From the NCBI RefSeq assembly GCF_963921235.1, contig NC_086108.1:50346001-50410000 (forward strand): a DNA stretch of 64,000 bases. The letters are read 5' to 3'. The notes under the pieces are model-generated. The model made no database searches, had not been told where the DNA came from, and saw only the letters and a program-made list of their open reading frames with translations. Source of the stretch: Mobula hypostoma. Its lineage: Eukaryota. Made by a program: the position numbers and the translations under genes. Shown here piece by piece: positions 1-12,893 of the stretch (position 1 is its first letter; every line of letters begins with the position of its first letter).

Positions 1-935
1 GAAGGTGTTGGCGAGCAAGATTAAGGAAAACCCCAAGGCATTCTACAAGTATGTGAAGAGCAAGAGGATAAGATGCGACAGAATAGGACCAATCAAGTGT
101 GACAGTGGAGAAGTGTGTATGGAACTGGAGGAGATAGCGGAGGTATTTAATGAATACTTTGCTTCAATATTCACTATGGAAAAGGACCTTGGTGATTGTA
201 GGGACGACATACAGCAGACTGAAAAGCTTGAGCATATAGACATTAAAAAAGAGGATGTGCTGGAGCTTTTGGAAAGCATCAAGTTGGATAAGTCACCAGG
301 ACCAGATGAGATATACCCCAGGCTTCTGTGGGAGGTGAGGGAGAAGACGGCTGAGCCTCTGACAATGATCTTTGCATCATCAATGGGGACAGGAGAGGTT
401 CCGGAGGGTTGGAGGGTTGCTGTGCTCAGTTCTGGTCACCTCACTACAGGAAGGATGTGGAAACTATAGAAAGGGCGCAGAGGAGATTTACAAGGATGTT
501 GCCCGGATTGGGGAGCATGCCCTATGAGAATAGGTTGAGTGAACTTGGCCTTTTCTCCTTGGAGCGACGGAGCGTGAGAAGTGCATAAGATGATGAGAGG
601 CATTGATCGTGTGGATAGTCAGAGGCTTTTTCTCAAGGCTGAAATGGCTAACACAAGAAGGCACAGTTTTAAGATGCTTGGAAGTAGGTACAGAGGAGAT
701 ATCAGGTATAAGTTTTTTTACGCAGAGAGTGGCAAGTGCATGGAATGGGCTGCCGGCGACGGTGGTGGAGGCGGATACAATAGCGTCTTTTAAGAGACTC
801 CTGGATAGGTACATGGAGCTTAGAAAAAGTAGAGGGCTATGGATAACCCTAGGTAATTTCTAAAGTAAGCACATGTTCGACACAGCTTTGTGGATCAAAG
901 GGCCTGTATTGTGCTGTAGGTTTTCTATGTTCTAT
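1..935 (+). mobile_element. CR1 LINE ORF2 fragment and 3' end, with a large internal deletion near 420
   Basis: KENPKAFYKYVKSKR...KSPGPDEIYPRLL is fused directly to QFWSPHYRKDV-type 3' sequence; ends in a ttttctatgttcta tail. Confidence 0.9.
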
Positions 936-984
936 TAAGCTAGTGGATATAATTTTAAAATAAACACAATAACATGAAGCAAAG

Positions 985-1950
985 CTCAGAAAATGCTGCA
1001 GGAATTCAGCAGGTCAGGCAACATCTATGGGACCCTTCTTCTGGCCTAAAAAGGAAGGGGAAACACACCAGAATACAAAGGTGAGGGGAAGGGGAAGGAG
1101 AATAGCTAGAAGGTCGTAGGTGAAGCCAGGAGGGTTGAAAAGGTAAAGAACTGGAGAAGAAGGAACCTGATAGGAGAGATGAGTGGACCACAGGACCAAG
1201 GGAAGGAGAGTGGACTCGCTGGAGGTGATAGACAAGTGAGAAGAGGTAAGAGGCCAGAGTGGGGAATAGAGGAAGAGGGATGGGGGAGGGAATTTTTTTA
1301 ATACCAGAAGAAGAAAGCAATATTCATGTCATCAGGTTGGAGACTACTCAGACAGTATACAAGGTGTTGCTCCTCCACCCTGAGGGTGGCCTAATCTTGG
1401 CACAAGTGGAGACCATGCACCAACATGTCAGAACAGGAATGGGAATCAGAATTAAAATATTTGGCAACCAGAAAGTTTTGCTTTCGGTGGATGGAGTGGA
1501 GGTGCTCAACAGAGTGATAACCCAATTCTCGATGGGTCTTACCAATGTAGAAGAGGCTGTGTCGGGAACACTGCATAAGGTAGGCGACCCCAGCAGATTT
1601 GCAGGTGAAGTGTTGCCTCACCTGGTAGAATTGTTTGGGGCCCTGAATGGAGGTGAGGGAGGAGGTGAATGGGCAGGTGTAGCTCTTAGGCTGCTTGCAG
1701 GGAGAAGTACCGGGAGAGAGATTAGTGGGGAGGGATGAATGGAGAAGAGATTCATGGAGGCAGCGATCCCTACAGAAAGTGCGGAGAGTGTGGCAGGTAA
1801 AGGTATCTTTAGTGGTAGGATCCCTTTGGAGATGGCAGAGGCTGTGGAGGATAATGTGTTCGATGTGGATACTCAAGGGGTAGTTGATAAGGACAAGATG
1901 ACAGGAAAATGGGGTGAGCGCAGATGTACGGGAAATGGAGGAGATGTGGA
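985..1950 (-). mobile_element. Penelope-like element 3' fragment (GIY-YIG endonuclease region plus pseudo-LTR), degenerate
   Basis: ORF 1391-1876 QVRQHFTCKSAGVAYLMQCSRHSLFYIGKT; matches the better copy at 8650-12380. Confidence 0.85.
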
Positions 1951-1994
1951 TGAATGTTTGGGGGGGGGGTCAAGTATGTGCATAGTTTATTGAA

Positions 1995-2350
1995 TGTGTC
2001 AGGAAGTGGTTAAAAGCACTTATAGTGTCCTACACTTTATAAACAGAGACAGAAAGTATAAGAGCAAGAAACTCATGGTGATATTTTTTCTAAAGTACTG
2101 GTCTGGATACAGTGGAGTGTTGTGGTCAGTTCTGGGGACATACTTTAGGAAAGATGTAAAGGCTTTGCAAAATGGTTCAAAGGATGAAGAATAGATTGTA
2201 GAAGTTAGGGTTATTTTCCTTGGGGCTCATGAGGGTGCTAGGAGATTTGATTAAGATAGTAAATGGTATGGGTAGAGGTGGATGGAGGAAAGAAAGAGGG
2301 AAACTGTTTCCATTAATGAAGGGTCAAGTGTTGGGGCATAAAGAATGAAA
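1995..2350 (+). mobile_element. Old CR1 ORF2 3' fragment
   Basis: Degenerate ...FINR...YKSK and ...YFRKDVKAL motifs. Confidence 0.6.
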
Positions 2351-3693
2351 ATGGCTGGCATGTTGTTCAGATTTATTTCAGTAGTAACATTCCAGGAATT
2401 AACTTTGTTGTTGAAATTCAGATGACAATCAGGAAGATGGTAAAAGATTAAACACATACTCCTTTATTGTCTCAGAGAATGAAAAGCTTTCAAAGTAAAA
2501 TGAATGTGGTTTTGAACCAAAGATCAAAATACTAGCAGAGCACAATGAGTAATGAATACATTACCATGACTTACACTTGTCTATAACACACAATGGAATT
2601 TTAACTGTATTAGAGTTCCAGGCTCCACACAGTATGACCCTTTGCACTCAATCACTTACCCAGAAATAATACCCTCATCAACAGGAATAATTCCAGGGAA
2701 ACTTCACTGGAATACTTCTATCACTGGAGTATCATTGTGGAATCTTTGAGTTCTAGTCTGTTGAAAATTGAGTTGTTTTTTTCTATGTGATTAAGCACAT
2801 CCAGTTTGTATTTTAAAATGAGCACTTTCAGATCTAGATTAAGTCACTTCCTGTGCACTCAGGAAGTAGTAAATAGGAAAGCACATTGGCTGGCAGAAAG
2901 CCACAGGTTTATGTTAGAAGTTTAAAAAGTTTGTGTCTAAAGCCATCATGTTTTTTCCCCAGCAGAAGCATTGCTTGTAAGTTGATGTTATATTGTTTAG
3001 AAGTTAATCTAAAGATAGCAATAAGATTTTGCCAAAATAGAATGTTATTACCTTGTCATGCCATTGAGTCTACAATAAAACCAAGAGGCTCGGCAGTAAT
3101 ATTCTGACTCTCAGGTCATTTTTGAATGGGGTTTGGCTGACTGTCTAGTTGATGTTACAACACCTCTGCAAGGACATTACACTTTGTTATTGGGAATATT
3201 TAAGGAAGAGAATCATGGGATATGTTTCCAATGTGAGAAGGTGAAGTTGACATAGAACAAGTATGATCTTATTGAGTGATGAAACAGACTTATTTCTGTT
3301 GTTTACTTTTAGTTTCTTAATAAAATGTTGCATTCTTAATAGAATGGTTGACCGTTTTCACAACCAAATATATTCACAGCCATTGTAAAAGATCTTGTCA
3401 GTTAACTCAACGAAAGGTGATTCGCAAAAATCATCTCTTCCCAAAAAATCTATACATAATTGTTGAGCATAAGACACATCTATGTTTCAATTATGAGACA
3501 AAAATGAACAAAATTTTAGCTGCCTATGGTTGACTTTTAAGTCACATAACTTTATATAAAATAATCCTATTATCTTGTAATTTTCTTCTGTGACTGGTCC
3601 ACACAATAAGTGCAACGTTTTTTTCATTCTAAAGTAGCAATTCCAACGTGCCACTTTAAATACATTTCAGACTGTACATAATAAAGTTTTTTT

Positions 3694-3902
3694 TTGCTGG
3701 TGGGGAGAGCGAGGATCGTTGCTCGCTGCCGCTTACACACGGGAGGGGGGAGCTGGGGGTCTTTGGGGTTCTCACTTTTAAATGTCATTCATTCTTTGGG
3801 GCACTTCTCTGTTTTCGTGGATGTTTGTGAAGGAAAAACATTTCAGGATGTATGTTGTATACATTTCCCTGACATTAAATTCGACCTTTGAACCTTGAAC
3901 CT
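3694..3902 (+). mobile_element. 3' end of an unclassified non-coding retroposon (SINE-like), (ttgaacc)n tail
   Basis: Reverse complement of 7893-8095; ends acattaaattcgacctttgaaccttgaacc. Confidence 0.7.
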
Positions 3903-4309
3903 CAATACTAGGGACCAATGAATGCCAATTGTTTTTATTTCTCTTTTGCTTCCTGAACTGGCTCTTGTTCTCTACATATACAGTGTATGTGAATGCATGC
4001 AAGAGAACTCACAGATGCAAATCGTTACCACATTGCTATCTTCTTTCTTAAGGAAATGTTATTGCAGTATACTCTAGTCATTATATCCAACACTAACAAG
4101 AAACAGTTGGCTCTAGTTTCTCATGGGTGTTACACGTAATCAGTCATGACGCATGTAGTAGAAACACGATACTTCCGAGTCAATGTGGCTGAATAAGAGA
4201 TAATCTGTCACAAGCAGAACATCTGTTTTGTAAATCAATTACTATCTAAGTGTAAATGCTTAAAACGAGTGTAAACATGCAAGCAGAGGAAGGGGAAAAC
4301 AGAAATAAA

Positions 4310-7300
4310 TCTAAGGTAGTGAGCAATAAAGATGTCAGGAAAGACAGGCAGGTGATGGGGCAAATTTATAGCCATTGGGATGAGTTGCAGTGCAATAAAG
4401 TTGCAGTGAAATCAAAGCGAAAAATACCAAATACTGGTCTTAAGGTGTTATACTTAAATGCACGCAGCATAAGGAATAAGGTGGATGATCTTGTCGTACA
4501 GCTACAGATTGGCAGGTATGATATTGTGGCTATCACTGAAACGTGGCTAAAGGATGCATGTCTCTGGGAGCTGAACGTCCAAGGATACAAGGTGTATCGG
4601 ATGGATAGGAAGGTAGGCAGAGGGGGAGGCGTGGCTTTATTGGTAAGAAATGATATTAAGTCATTAGAAAGAGGTGATATAGGATCGGAAGGTGCAGAAT
4701 CTTTATGGGTTGAGCTAAGAAATAGCAGAGGTAAAAGGACCCTGATGGCAGTTATTTATAGGCCTCCAAACAGCTGCAGGGATGTGGACTACAAATTACA
4801 ACTGGAAATGGAAAAGGCTTGTCAGAAGGGCAGTGTTATGGTAATTGTGGGGGATTTTAACATGCAAGTGGATTGGGAAAATCAGGTTGGCACTGGATCT
4901 CGAGAGAGAATTTGTAGAATGTCTGCGAGATGGCTTTTTAGAACAGCTTGTTGTTGAGCCCACTAGGGGATCGGCTGTACTGGATTGGGTATTGTGTAAT
5001 GAACCGGAGGTGATTTAGAGAGATTGAGGTGAGGGAACCCTTAGGAGACACTGATCATAACATGATTGAGTTCACTGTGAAATTTGAAAAAGAGAAGCCG
5101 AAATCTGATGTGTCGGTATTTCAGTGGAGTAAAGGAAATTACAGTGGCATGAGAGAGGAACTGGCTAAAGTTGACTGGAAAGGGACACTGGCGGGAAAGA
5201 CAGCAGAGCAGCAGTGGTTGGAGTTTATGCGAGAAGTGAGGAATGTGCAAGACAGGTCTATTCCAAAAAAGAAGAAATTTTCGAGTGCAAAAAGGATGCA
5301 ACCGTGGTTGACAAGAGAAGTCAAAGCCAAAGTTAAAGCAAAGGAGAGGGCATACAAGGAAGCAAAAATTAGTGGGAAGACAGAGGATTGGGTAGTTTCT
5401 AAAACCTTACAAAAGGAAACCAAGAAGGTCATTAAGAGGGAAGAGATTAACTATGAAAGGAAGCTAGCAAATAATATCAAAGAGGATACTTAAAGCTTTT
5501 TCAAGTATATAAAGAGTAAAAGACAGGTGAGAGTAGATATAGGACCGATAGAAAATGATGCTGGAGAAATTGTATTGGGAGATAAGGAGATGGCAGAGGA
5601 ACTGAACGAGTATTTTGCATCAGTCTTCACTGAGGAAGACATCAGCAGCATACCAGACACTCAAGGGTGGCTGGGAAGAGAAGTGTGCGCAGTCACAATT
5701 ACGACAGAGAAAGTACTCAGGAAGCTGAATAGTCTAAAGGTAGATAAATCTCCCGGACCAGATGGAATGCACCCGCGTGTTCTGAAGGAAGTAGCTGTGG
5801 AGATTGCAGAGGCATTAGTGATGATCTTTCAAAAGTCGATAGATTCTGGCATGGTTCTGGAGGACTGGAAGATTGCAAATGTCACTCCGCTATTTAAGAA
5901 GGGGGCAAGGAAGCAAAAAGGAAATTACAGACCTGTTAGCTTGACATCGGTTGTTGGGAAGTTGTTGGAGTCGATTGTCAAGGATGAGGCTACAGAGTAC
6001 CTGGAGGCATATGACAAGATAGGCAGAACTCGGCATGGATTCCTTAAAGGAAAATCCTGCCTGACAAACCTATTACAATTTTTTGAGGAAATTACCAGTA
6101 GGCTAGACAAGGGAGATACAGTGGATGTTGTATATTTGGATTTTCAGAAGGCCTTTGGACAAGGTGCCACACATGAGGCTACTTAACAAGATAAGGGCCC
6201 AAGGAATTATGGGAAAGTTACATACGTGGATAGAGCGTTGGCTGATTGGTAGGAAACAGAGAGTGGGAATAAAGGGATCCTATACTGGTTGGCTGCTGGT
6301 TACCAGTGGTGTTCCACAGGGGTCGTGTTGGGGCCACTTCTTTTTACATTGTACATCAACGATTTGGATTATGGAATAGATGGCTTTGTGGCTAAATTTG
6401 CTGATGATATGAAGATAGGTGGAGGGGCTGGTAGTGCTGAGGAAACGGAGAGTCTGCAGAGAGACTTGGATAGGTTGGAAGAATGGGCAAAGAAGTGGCA
6501 AATGAAGTACAATGTTGGAAAGTGTATGGTTATGCACTTTGGCAAAAAAAATAAACGGGCAGACTATTATTTAAATGGGGAAAGAATTCAAAGTTCGGAG
6601 ATGCAACGGGACTTGGGAGTCCTTGTACAGGATGCCCTTAAAGTTAACCTCCAGGTTGAGTCAGTAGTGAAGAAGGCGAATACAATATTGGCATTTATTT
6701 CTAGAGGAATAGAGTATAGGAGCAGGGATGTGATGTTGAGGCTCTATAAGGCGCTGGTGAGACCTCACTTGGAGTACTGTGGGCAGTTTTGGTCTCCTTA
6801 TTTAAGAAAGGATGTGCTGACATTGGAGAGGGTACAGAGGAGATTCACTAGAATGATTCCGGGAATGAGAGGGTTAACATATGAGGAACGTTTGTCCGCT
6901 CTTGGACTGTACTCCTTGGAGTTTAGAAGAATGAGGGGAGACCTCATAGAAACATTTCGAATGTTGAAAGGCATGGACAGAGTGGATGTGGCAAAGTTGT
7001 TTCCCACGATGGGGGAGTCTCGTACGAGAGGGCATGACTTAAGGATTGAAGGGCGCCCATTCAGAACAGAAATGCGAAGAAATTTTTTTAGTCAGAGGGT
7101 GGTGAATCTATGGAATTTGTTGCCACGGGCAGCAGTGGAGGCCAAGTCATTGGGTGTATTTAAGGCAGAGTTTGATATGTATCTGAGTAGCCAGGGCATC
7201 AAAGGTTATGGTGAGAAGGCGGGGGAGTGGGACTAAATGGGAGAATGGATCAGCTCATGATAAAATGGCGGAGCAGACTCGATGGGCCGAATGGCCGACT

Positions 7301-7332
7301 TCTGCTCCTTTGTCTTATGTTCTTATGGTCTA
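4310..7332 (+). mobile_element. CR1 LINE, near-complete ORF2 (AP endonuclease plus RT) with several frameshifts and stops
   Basis: [50 protein letters not shown]; 3' tail tcttatgttcttatggtct. Confidence 0.95.
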
Positions 7333-7439
7333 ATCAAGGATAAGACAGTGAAGCCAGGACAAACAAAGGTCCAGGTCTGAACACAGCATCGGCTCAAACT
7401 TGCACAAACAGTTAAATTATAAAGCTATGATGAGAAGGC

Positions 7440-7588
7440 GACCTCTATACATTCATCGTCGTTACTATTATGTGCTGCGTCATACGACGTGGGAGATCAA
7501 TGTCTTTCATCTGACACAACTATGACAAGTGGTTTTCTGCTGGAGTGGTTTGCCATTGCCGCCGTCTGGGGAGTGTCTTTACAACAAG
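7440..7588. mobile_element. SINE-like repeat, left part (probably continues at 12894-13095)
   Basis: ggagtggtttgccattgcc motif, as seen in RTE-related SINEs; interrupted by a CR1; continuity is inferred from recalled family consensus. Confidence 0.5.
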
Positions 7589-7890
7589 TCGTTCATTTCA
7601 ATAGGTCAGATTTGAAGACAGAATATATTATTAATGGTAAGACTCTTGGCAGTGTGGAGGATCAGAGAGATCTTCGAGTCCTTGTCCATAGGGCACTCAA
7701 AGCTGCTACGCAGTTGACAGTGTTGTTAAGAGGGTGAATGGTGTGATGGCATTCATCAAACATGGGATTGAGTTCAGGAGCCGTGAGGTAATGTTACAAC
7801 TATGTAAGACATTGGTCAGTTCCCACTTGGAGTACTGTGTTCATTTCTGATCATCTCATTACAGAATGGATGTGTATACCATAGAGAGAG
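7589..7890 (+). mobile_element. CR1 ORF2 3' fragment, left half of a split copy
   Basis: INGKTLGSVEDQRDL...; ends ATAGAGAGAG and resumes at 12430 TGCGGAGGAGATTTACAAGG (IERV-RRFTR). Confidence 0.85.
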
Positions 7891-7892
7891 TT

Positions 7893-8649
7893 GAAAGTTC
7901 AAAGGTCGAATTTAATGTCAAAGGAATGTATACAATATACATCCTGAAATGCTTTTTCTTCGCAAACATCCATGAAAACAGAGAAGTGCCCCAAAGAATG
8001 AATGACATTTAAACGTGAGAACCCCAAAGAACCCCCTGATCCCTCTTCCCGCGCGTAAGCGTGGCGAGCAACAATCCCCCCTCCCACCACCGGTAAAACA
8101 AAAAGCGCATCAGTACCATCACCGAGCCGAAGCGTGAGCTAAGCAATAGCAAAGACACAGACCAAAGTTACCCCAAAGGCTTGGCATTTCATCTGACATT
8201 CGACAAAGCACTGGTTCTCTCTCTCCCTGGCAAGGGAGAAGGAGGTGTCCCCCATTTTCACAACGAGCGAGAGACATAACAACAACCCACTGGTTTATGA
8301 TGTTAAAAGTCAATTTTGTCGCTTTTTTCGAGTTCTGTGTCCGAAGATCGCAAAGACTTTGGGTCTTTGGGCCCACAGCGAATGATTTTCCGGCATCCCT
8401 GACGACACACTAGTCTCCTGCCGTGTCACTGACCCTCAATTTGCCCGTCTCCAGAGCCCTGAGGTCTTAGGCTTCCGAACACGACTGAGGTTCTCAGGCC
8501 AAACCCTTGGCAAGTCGAATAATGGCCAGTCGTGGAACCCCGAGAACGGGTCCCATTCCTGCAAAGAACCGAAGCCTGCGTATAACTCCAGGTCAGGGTC
8601 TTCAAAAGAACCCTGAAAGGGAAAAATAAAGATATTAAAGGTGGAAATA
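7893..8649 (-). mobile_element. Unclassified non-coding retroposon (same family as 3694-3902); 5' remainder probably at 12380-12429
   Basis: High similarity to 3694-3902 over the 3' ~200 bp; interrupts the CR1. Confidence 0.65.
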
Positions 8650-8711
8650 GCAACACACACAAAACGCTGGTGGAACGCAGCAGGACAGGCAGCATCAGTA
8701 GGAAGAAGCAC

Positions 8712-8747
8712 AGTCGACGTTCCGGGCTGAGACCTTTCGTCAGGACT
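8712..8747 (-). ncRNA. Minimal hammerhead ribozyme motif in Penelope pLTR, core mutated (GAAA to GGAA)
   Basis: Minus strand AGTC-CTGACGA-A-AGGTCTCAGCCC-GGAA-CGTC-GACT. Confidence 0.65.
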
Positions 8748-10137
8748 AATTGAAAGAAGAGATAGTAAGAGATTTAAAAGTGGAGGGGGGAGGGGTAGAT
8801 CCGAAATGATAGGAGAAGACAGGAGGGGGAGGGATAGAGCTACGAGCTGGAAAGTTGATTGGCAAAAGGGATACAAGGCTGGAAAAGGGAGAGGATCATG
8901 GGATGGGAGGCGGAGGAAGAAAGAAAGGGGGAGGGGAGCGCCAGAGAAAGATGGAGAGCAGATAAGGAGTTATTGTGAGAGGGACAGGGAGAGAGAAAAA
9001 AAGGAAAAAAATTAAAAAATAATAAATAAATAAATAAGGGATGGGGTAAGAATGGGAGGAGGGGCATTAGCAGAAGTTTGAGAAGTCAATGTTCATGCCA
9101 TCAGGTTGGAGGCTACACAGACGGAATATAAGGTGTTGTTCCTCCAACCTGAGTGTGGCTTCATCTTTACAGTAGAGGAGGCCATGGATAGACATATCAG
9201 AATGGGAATGGGACGTGGAATTAAAATGCGTGGCCACTGGGAGATCCTGCTTTCTCTGGTGTAGGTGTTCAGCGAAACCGTCTCCCAATTTGCATCGGGT
9301 CTCACCGATATGTAGAAGTCTGCATCGGGAGCACTGGACGCGGTATATCACACCAGCCGACTGACAGGTGAAGTGTTGCCTCACCTGGAAGGACTGTCTG
9401 GGGCCTGAGTGAGGGAGGAAGTGTAAGGGCATGTGTAGCACTTGTTCCGCTTACAAGTATAAGTGCCAGGAGGGAGATCGGTGGGGAGGGATGGGGGGGA
9501 TGAATGGACATGGGAGTCGCGTAGGGAGCGATCCCTGTGGAAAGCAGAGAGAGGGGGGAGGGAAAGATGTGCTTAGTGGTGGGATCCCGTTGGAGGTGGC
9601 AGAAGTTATGGAGAATTATATGTTGGACCCGGAGGCTGGTGAGGTGGTAGGTGAGGACAAGGGGAACATTATCTCTAGTGGGGTGGCGGGACGATGGGGT
9701 GAGAGTAGATGTGCATGAAATTGGAGAGATGTGTATGAGAGCAGAGTTGATGGTGGAGGAAGGGAAGCCCCTTTCTTTAAAAAAGGAGGAAATCTCCCTC
9801 GTCCTGGAATGAAAAGCCTCATCCTGAGAGCAGATGCGGCAGAGGTGGAGGAATTGTGAGAAAGGGGTGACATTTTTGCAAGAGACAGGGTGAGAAGAGG
9901 AATAGTCCAGATAGCTGTGAGAGTCAGTAGGCTTATAGTAGACATCAGTAGACAAGCTGTCTCAGAGATAGAGACAGAAAGATCAGAAAAGGGAGGGAGG
10001 TGTCGGAAATGGACCAGGTAAACTTGAGGGCAGGGTGAAAGTTGGAGGCAAAGTTAATGAAGTCAACGAGCTCAGCATGTGTACAGGAAGCAGCACCAAT
10101 GCAGTTGTCGCTGAGCGAAGGAAAAGTGGGGGACGGT

Positions 10138-10826
10138 TGTAAGGGCGACTTTTATGTTACTGCGGAGGCTAATTAAAATGGCGTCTTTGTTATGTTAATC
10201 TGGGGAATGCGGCTTTGTTGTATTAAACGCTGAGAAAGTTTGCGGCTAACAGTTTGTTTTTGTTTTAGTGTGTGATAAGAGAGTGCTATTAACCAATTGG
10301 GATAGTTGTTATGGTTTTGGTGTATTTGAAGATACTGTATGCGCGGGGTTTTGGGGCAGAAGGCGGGAGATCGAGACAGAGGATGGACGAGGTGCTGTGA
10401 GTCTGCTAACGGGGTCGGACCTCGAGTGGGACGTTCGGCGAGGAGACGGAGACGGACTGGTGTGGAGTGTCTGGTCGACCACCATTGTTGGTCCCAGGCG
10501 GCCGGTCGAGGTGGTCCAAGGGGGTCGCAGGGTGAAGAAGAAGGTCCTTGAGCTCTAACGGTTTTGTGCACGAGGAGATTGAACTTTGATAAGTGTGGCA
10601 CCTTTTATTTTCCTTTTGTATTTTCTTCTCTTTTAATTATATAGTTCCAGTAATATCTATAAACTGTAAATCATTTAATTGCATCTGGTGTATTGTCTGT
10701 TATTTGGGCGGGGTAGGGTACCTCACACAGCATCCACACAAACGAATTATCCAGTTTGGCGGGGCCAAGGCTGTTTCCCTAGAAGACAGCAAGCCGAGCG
10801 ACCCTGAGAGTGGCCAGGGGGCTACA
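10138..10826. mobile_element. Solo LTR, 689 bp
   Basis: TGT...ACA termini; 4-bp TSD cggt (10134-10137 and 10827-10830); removing it rejoins the Penelope RT sequence. Confidence 0.9.
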
Positions 10827-12429
10827 CGGTTACCAGTATAGGCTTGGAAGATGGACTGTTCCACAAAGCCAACAAAAAGGCAGGCATAGCTGGGATCCAT
10901 ACGGGTGCCGATGGCTACACCTTTAGTTTGGAGGAAGTGGGAGGAGCCAAAGGAGAAATTATTAAGAGTAAGGACTAATTCCGCTATATGGAGCAGAGTG
11001 GTGGTAGAGGGGAACTGGTTAGGTCTGGAATCCAAAAAGAAGCGGAGAGCTTTGAGACCTTCCTGATGGGGCATGGAGGTATATAAGGACTGAACATCCA
11101 TGGTGAAAATAAGACGGTGGGGACCAGGGAACTTAAAATCATTGAAAAAATCCAGAGCGTGAGAAGTGTCACGAACATAGGTGGGAAGGGATTGAACAAG
11201 GGGGGATAAAACAGTGTCGAGGTATGCAGAAATGAGTTCAGTGAGGCAGGAGCAAGCTGAGACAATGGGTCTACCTGGACAGGCAGGTTTGTAGATCTTG
11301 GGTAGGAGGAAGAAATGGGAAATGCGGGGTGTGGGAACTATAAGATTGGTAGCAGTGGATGGGAGATCCCCAGAGCTGATAAAGTCGGTGGTGGTGTGGG
11401 AGACAATGGCCTGGTGCTCCTTGGTGGGGTCATGATCGAGGGGTAAATAAGAGGAGGTATCAGTGAGTTGTCGCTGTGCCTCAGCAAGGTAGAGGTCAGT
11501 ATGCCAGACTACAAAAGCACCCCCCTTATCGGCAGGTTTTATAGTAAGATTAAGATTAGTGCAGAGGGAGTGGAGAGCAGAGCGTTCCGAAGGAGTGAAG
11601 TTGGAATGGGAACAAGGTGCGGTGAAGTCGAGACAGTTGATGTCCTGTCGGCAGTTAGCAATAAAGAGATCCAGGGCAGGCAGAAGACCAGAGCGGGGTG
11701 TCCATGAAGAGGAGGAGGGTTGAAGATGGGAGAAGGGGTCATCGGTGGGGGTGGGAGAGTCCTTGCCGAAGAATTAGGAAGCTGGCGGAAGAAGAGTTCA
11801 GCGTCATGGCGCACACGGAACTCGCTGAGGTGTGGGCGAAGGGGGACAAAGGTGAGGACCTTACTGAAGACAGAGCGTTCTGCCTCCGACAGTTGAAGGT
11901 TGGAGGGGATGGTAAAGACCTGGCACGAATGAGAGCTGGGATCAGAGGGGGGAGGGAGAGGGAGGCTGGTGGTGTCAGTGGAGAGGGGAGGGTTGGGGTG
12001 AGAGGAAGATGAAGCCTCTGAGGGCCCAGGAGCTGACGATGGGATCTGAGGGAGATGGCGTTGCAGAGTAGTGGTGGGGGAAGGGGAGACGGGAGTCACA
12101 ATAGCAGCACCTGAAGACCCAGCCTGGAATTCAAGGCTGGAGTCGCAGTTGGAGGTTGCGCAATCGCTTTGAAGATGTCTCGTCGTTGGAACCCACATTG
12201 ATGGTGCTGGAGTCCGGGTTTTGAATATGCCCTGGGTTAGTAGAGCCACCAAGACCGACAGCAGGGGCTGCAATCCGAAATTCATGCCTGCTAGTGTCAG
12301 AACCAGCAGGCTCTGGGGTCTGCAGATGGAAGATCTTGCGATCCTCGCCTAACATGACAAAGTCTGCAGATGGAAGATAAGATGCAAGTAAAGGAGTCAC
12401 CATTAGGCGCCATTATCCCTCCTAAGCTC

Positions 12430-12893
12430 TGCGGAGGAGATTTACAAGGATGTTGCCTGGATTGGAGTGTCCCTTATGAGAAATAGGTTGAGTGAACTTG
12501 AGCTTTTCTCCTAAGAGCGATGGAGGATGAGACGTGGCCTGATCGAGGTGTATAAGATGATGAGGAGCATTGATCGTGTGGATAGTCAGAGGCTTTTTCC
12601 CGGGGCTGAAATGGCTACACAAGGGGGCATAGTTTTAAGGTGCTTGGAAGTAGGTACAAGGGGGATGTCAGAGGAAAGTTTTTCACAGAGTGGTGCGTGC
12701 GTGGAATGCACTGCCGGTGACAGCTGTAGAGGCGGATACAAGAGAGACTTAGACAGGTACATGGAGCTTAGAGGGCTACGTGGTAGGGAAATTCTAGGCA
12801 GTTTCTAGAGTAGGTTACATGGTCGGCACAACATTATGCGCTAAGGGTCCTGTAATATGCTGTAGATTTCTATGTTTTATGTTCTATGTTCTA
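12430..12893 (+). mobile_element. CR1 3' end, right half of a split copy
   Basis: RRFTRMLPGL, MRRGLIEVYKMMRSIDRVDSQRLFP; (ttctatg)n tail. Confidence 0.9.

Larger units (their letters stand above)
8650..12380 (-). mobile_element. Penelope-like retroelement (N-terminal region, RT, GIY-YIG, pseudo-LTR), 5'-truncated, frameshifted, interrupted by a solo LTR
   Basis: MDVQSLYTSMPHQEGL, QTKGVAIGTRM, TDVYYKPTDSHSYLDY, FTCQSAGVIYRVQCSRC..HIGET; hammerhead motif in the 3' pLTR. Confidence 0.93.

Noticed and set aside
11539..12285. 248-aa Pro/Ser-rich ORF as a host gene
   Set aside because: It runs into the Penelope N-terminal motif (LSEAERSV.SK.LTFVP) and is collinear with the Penelope RT.
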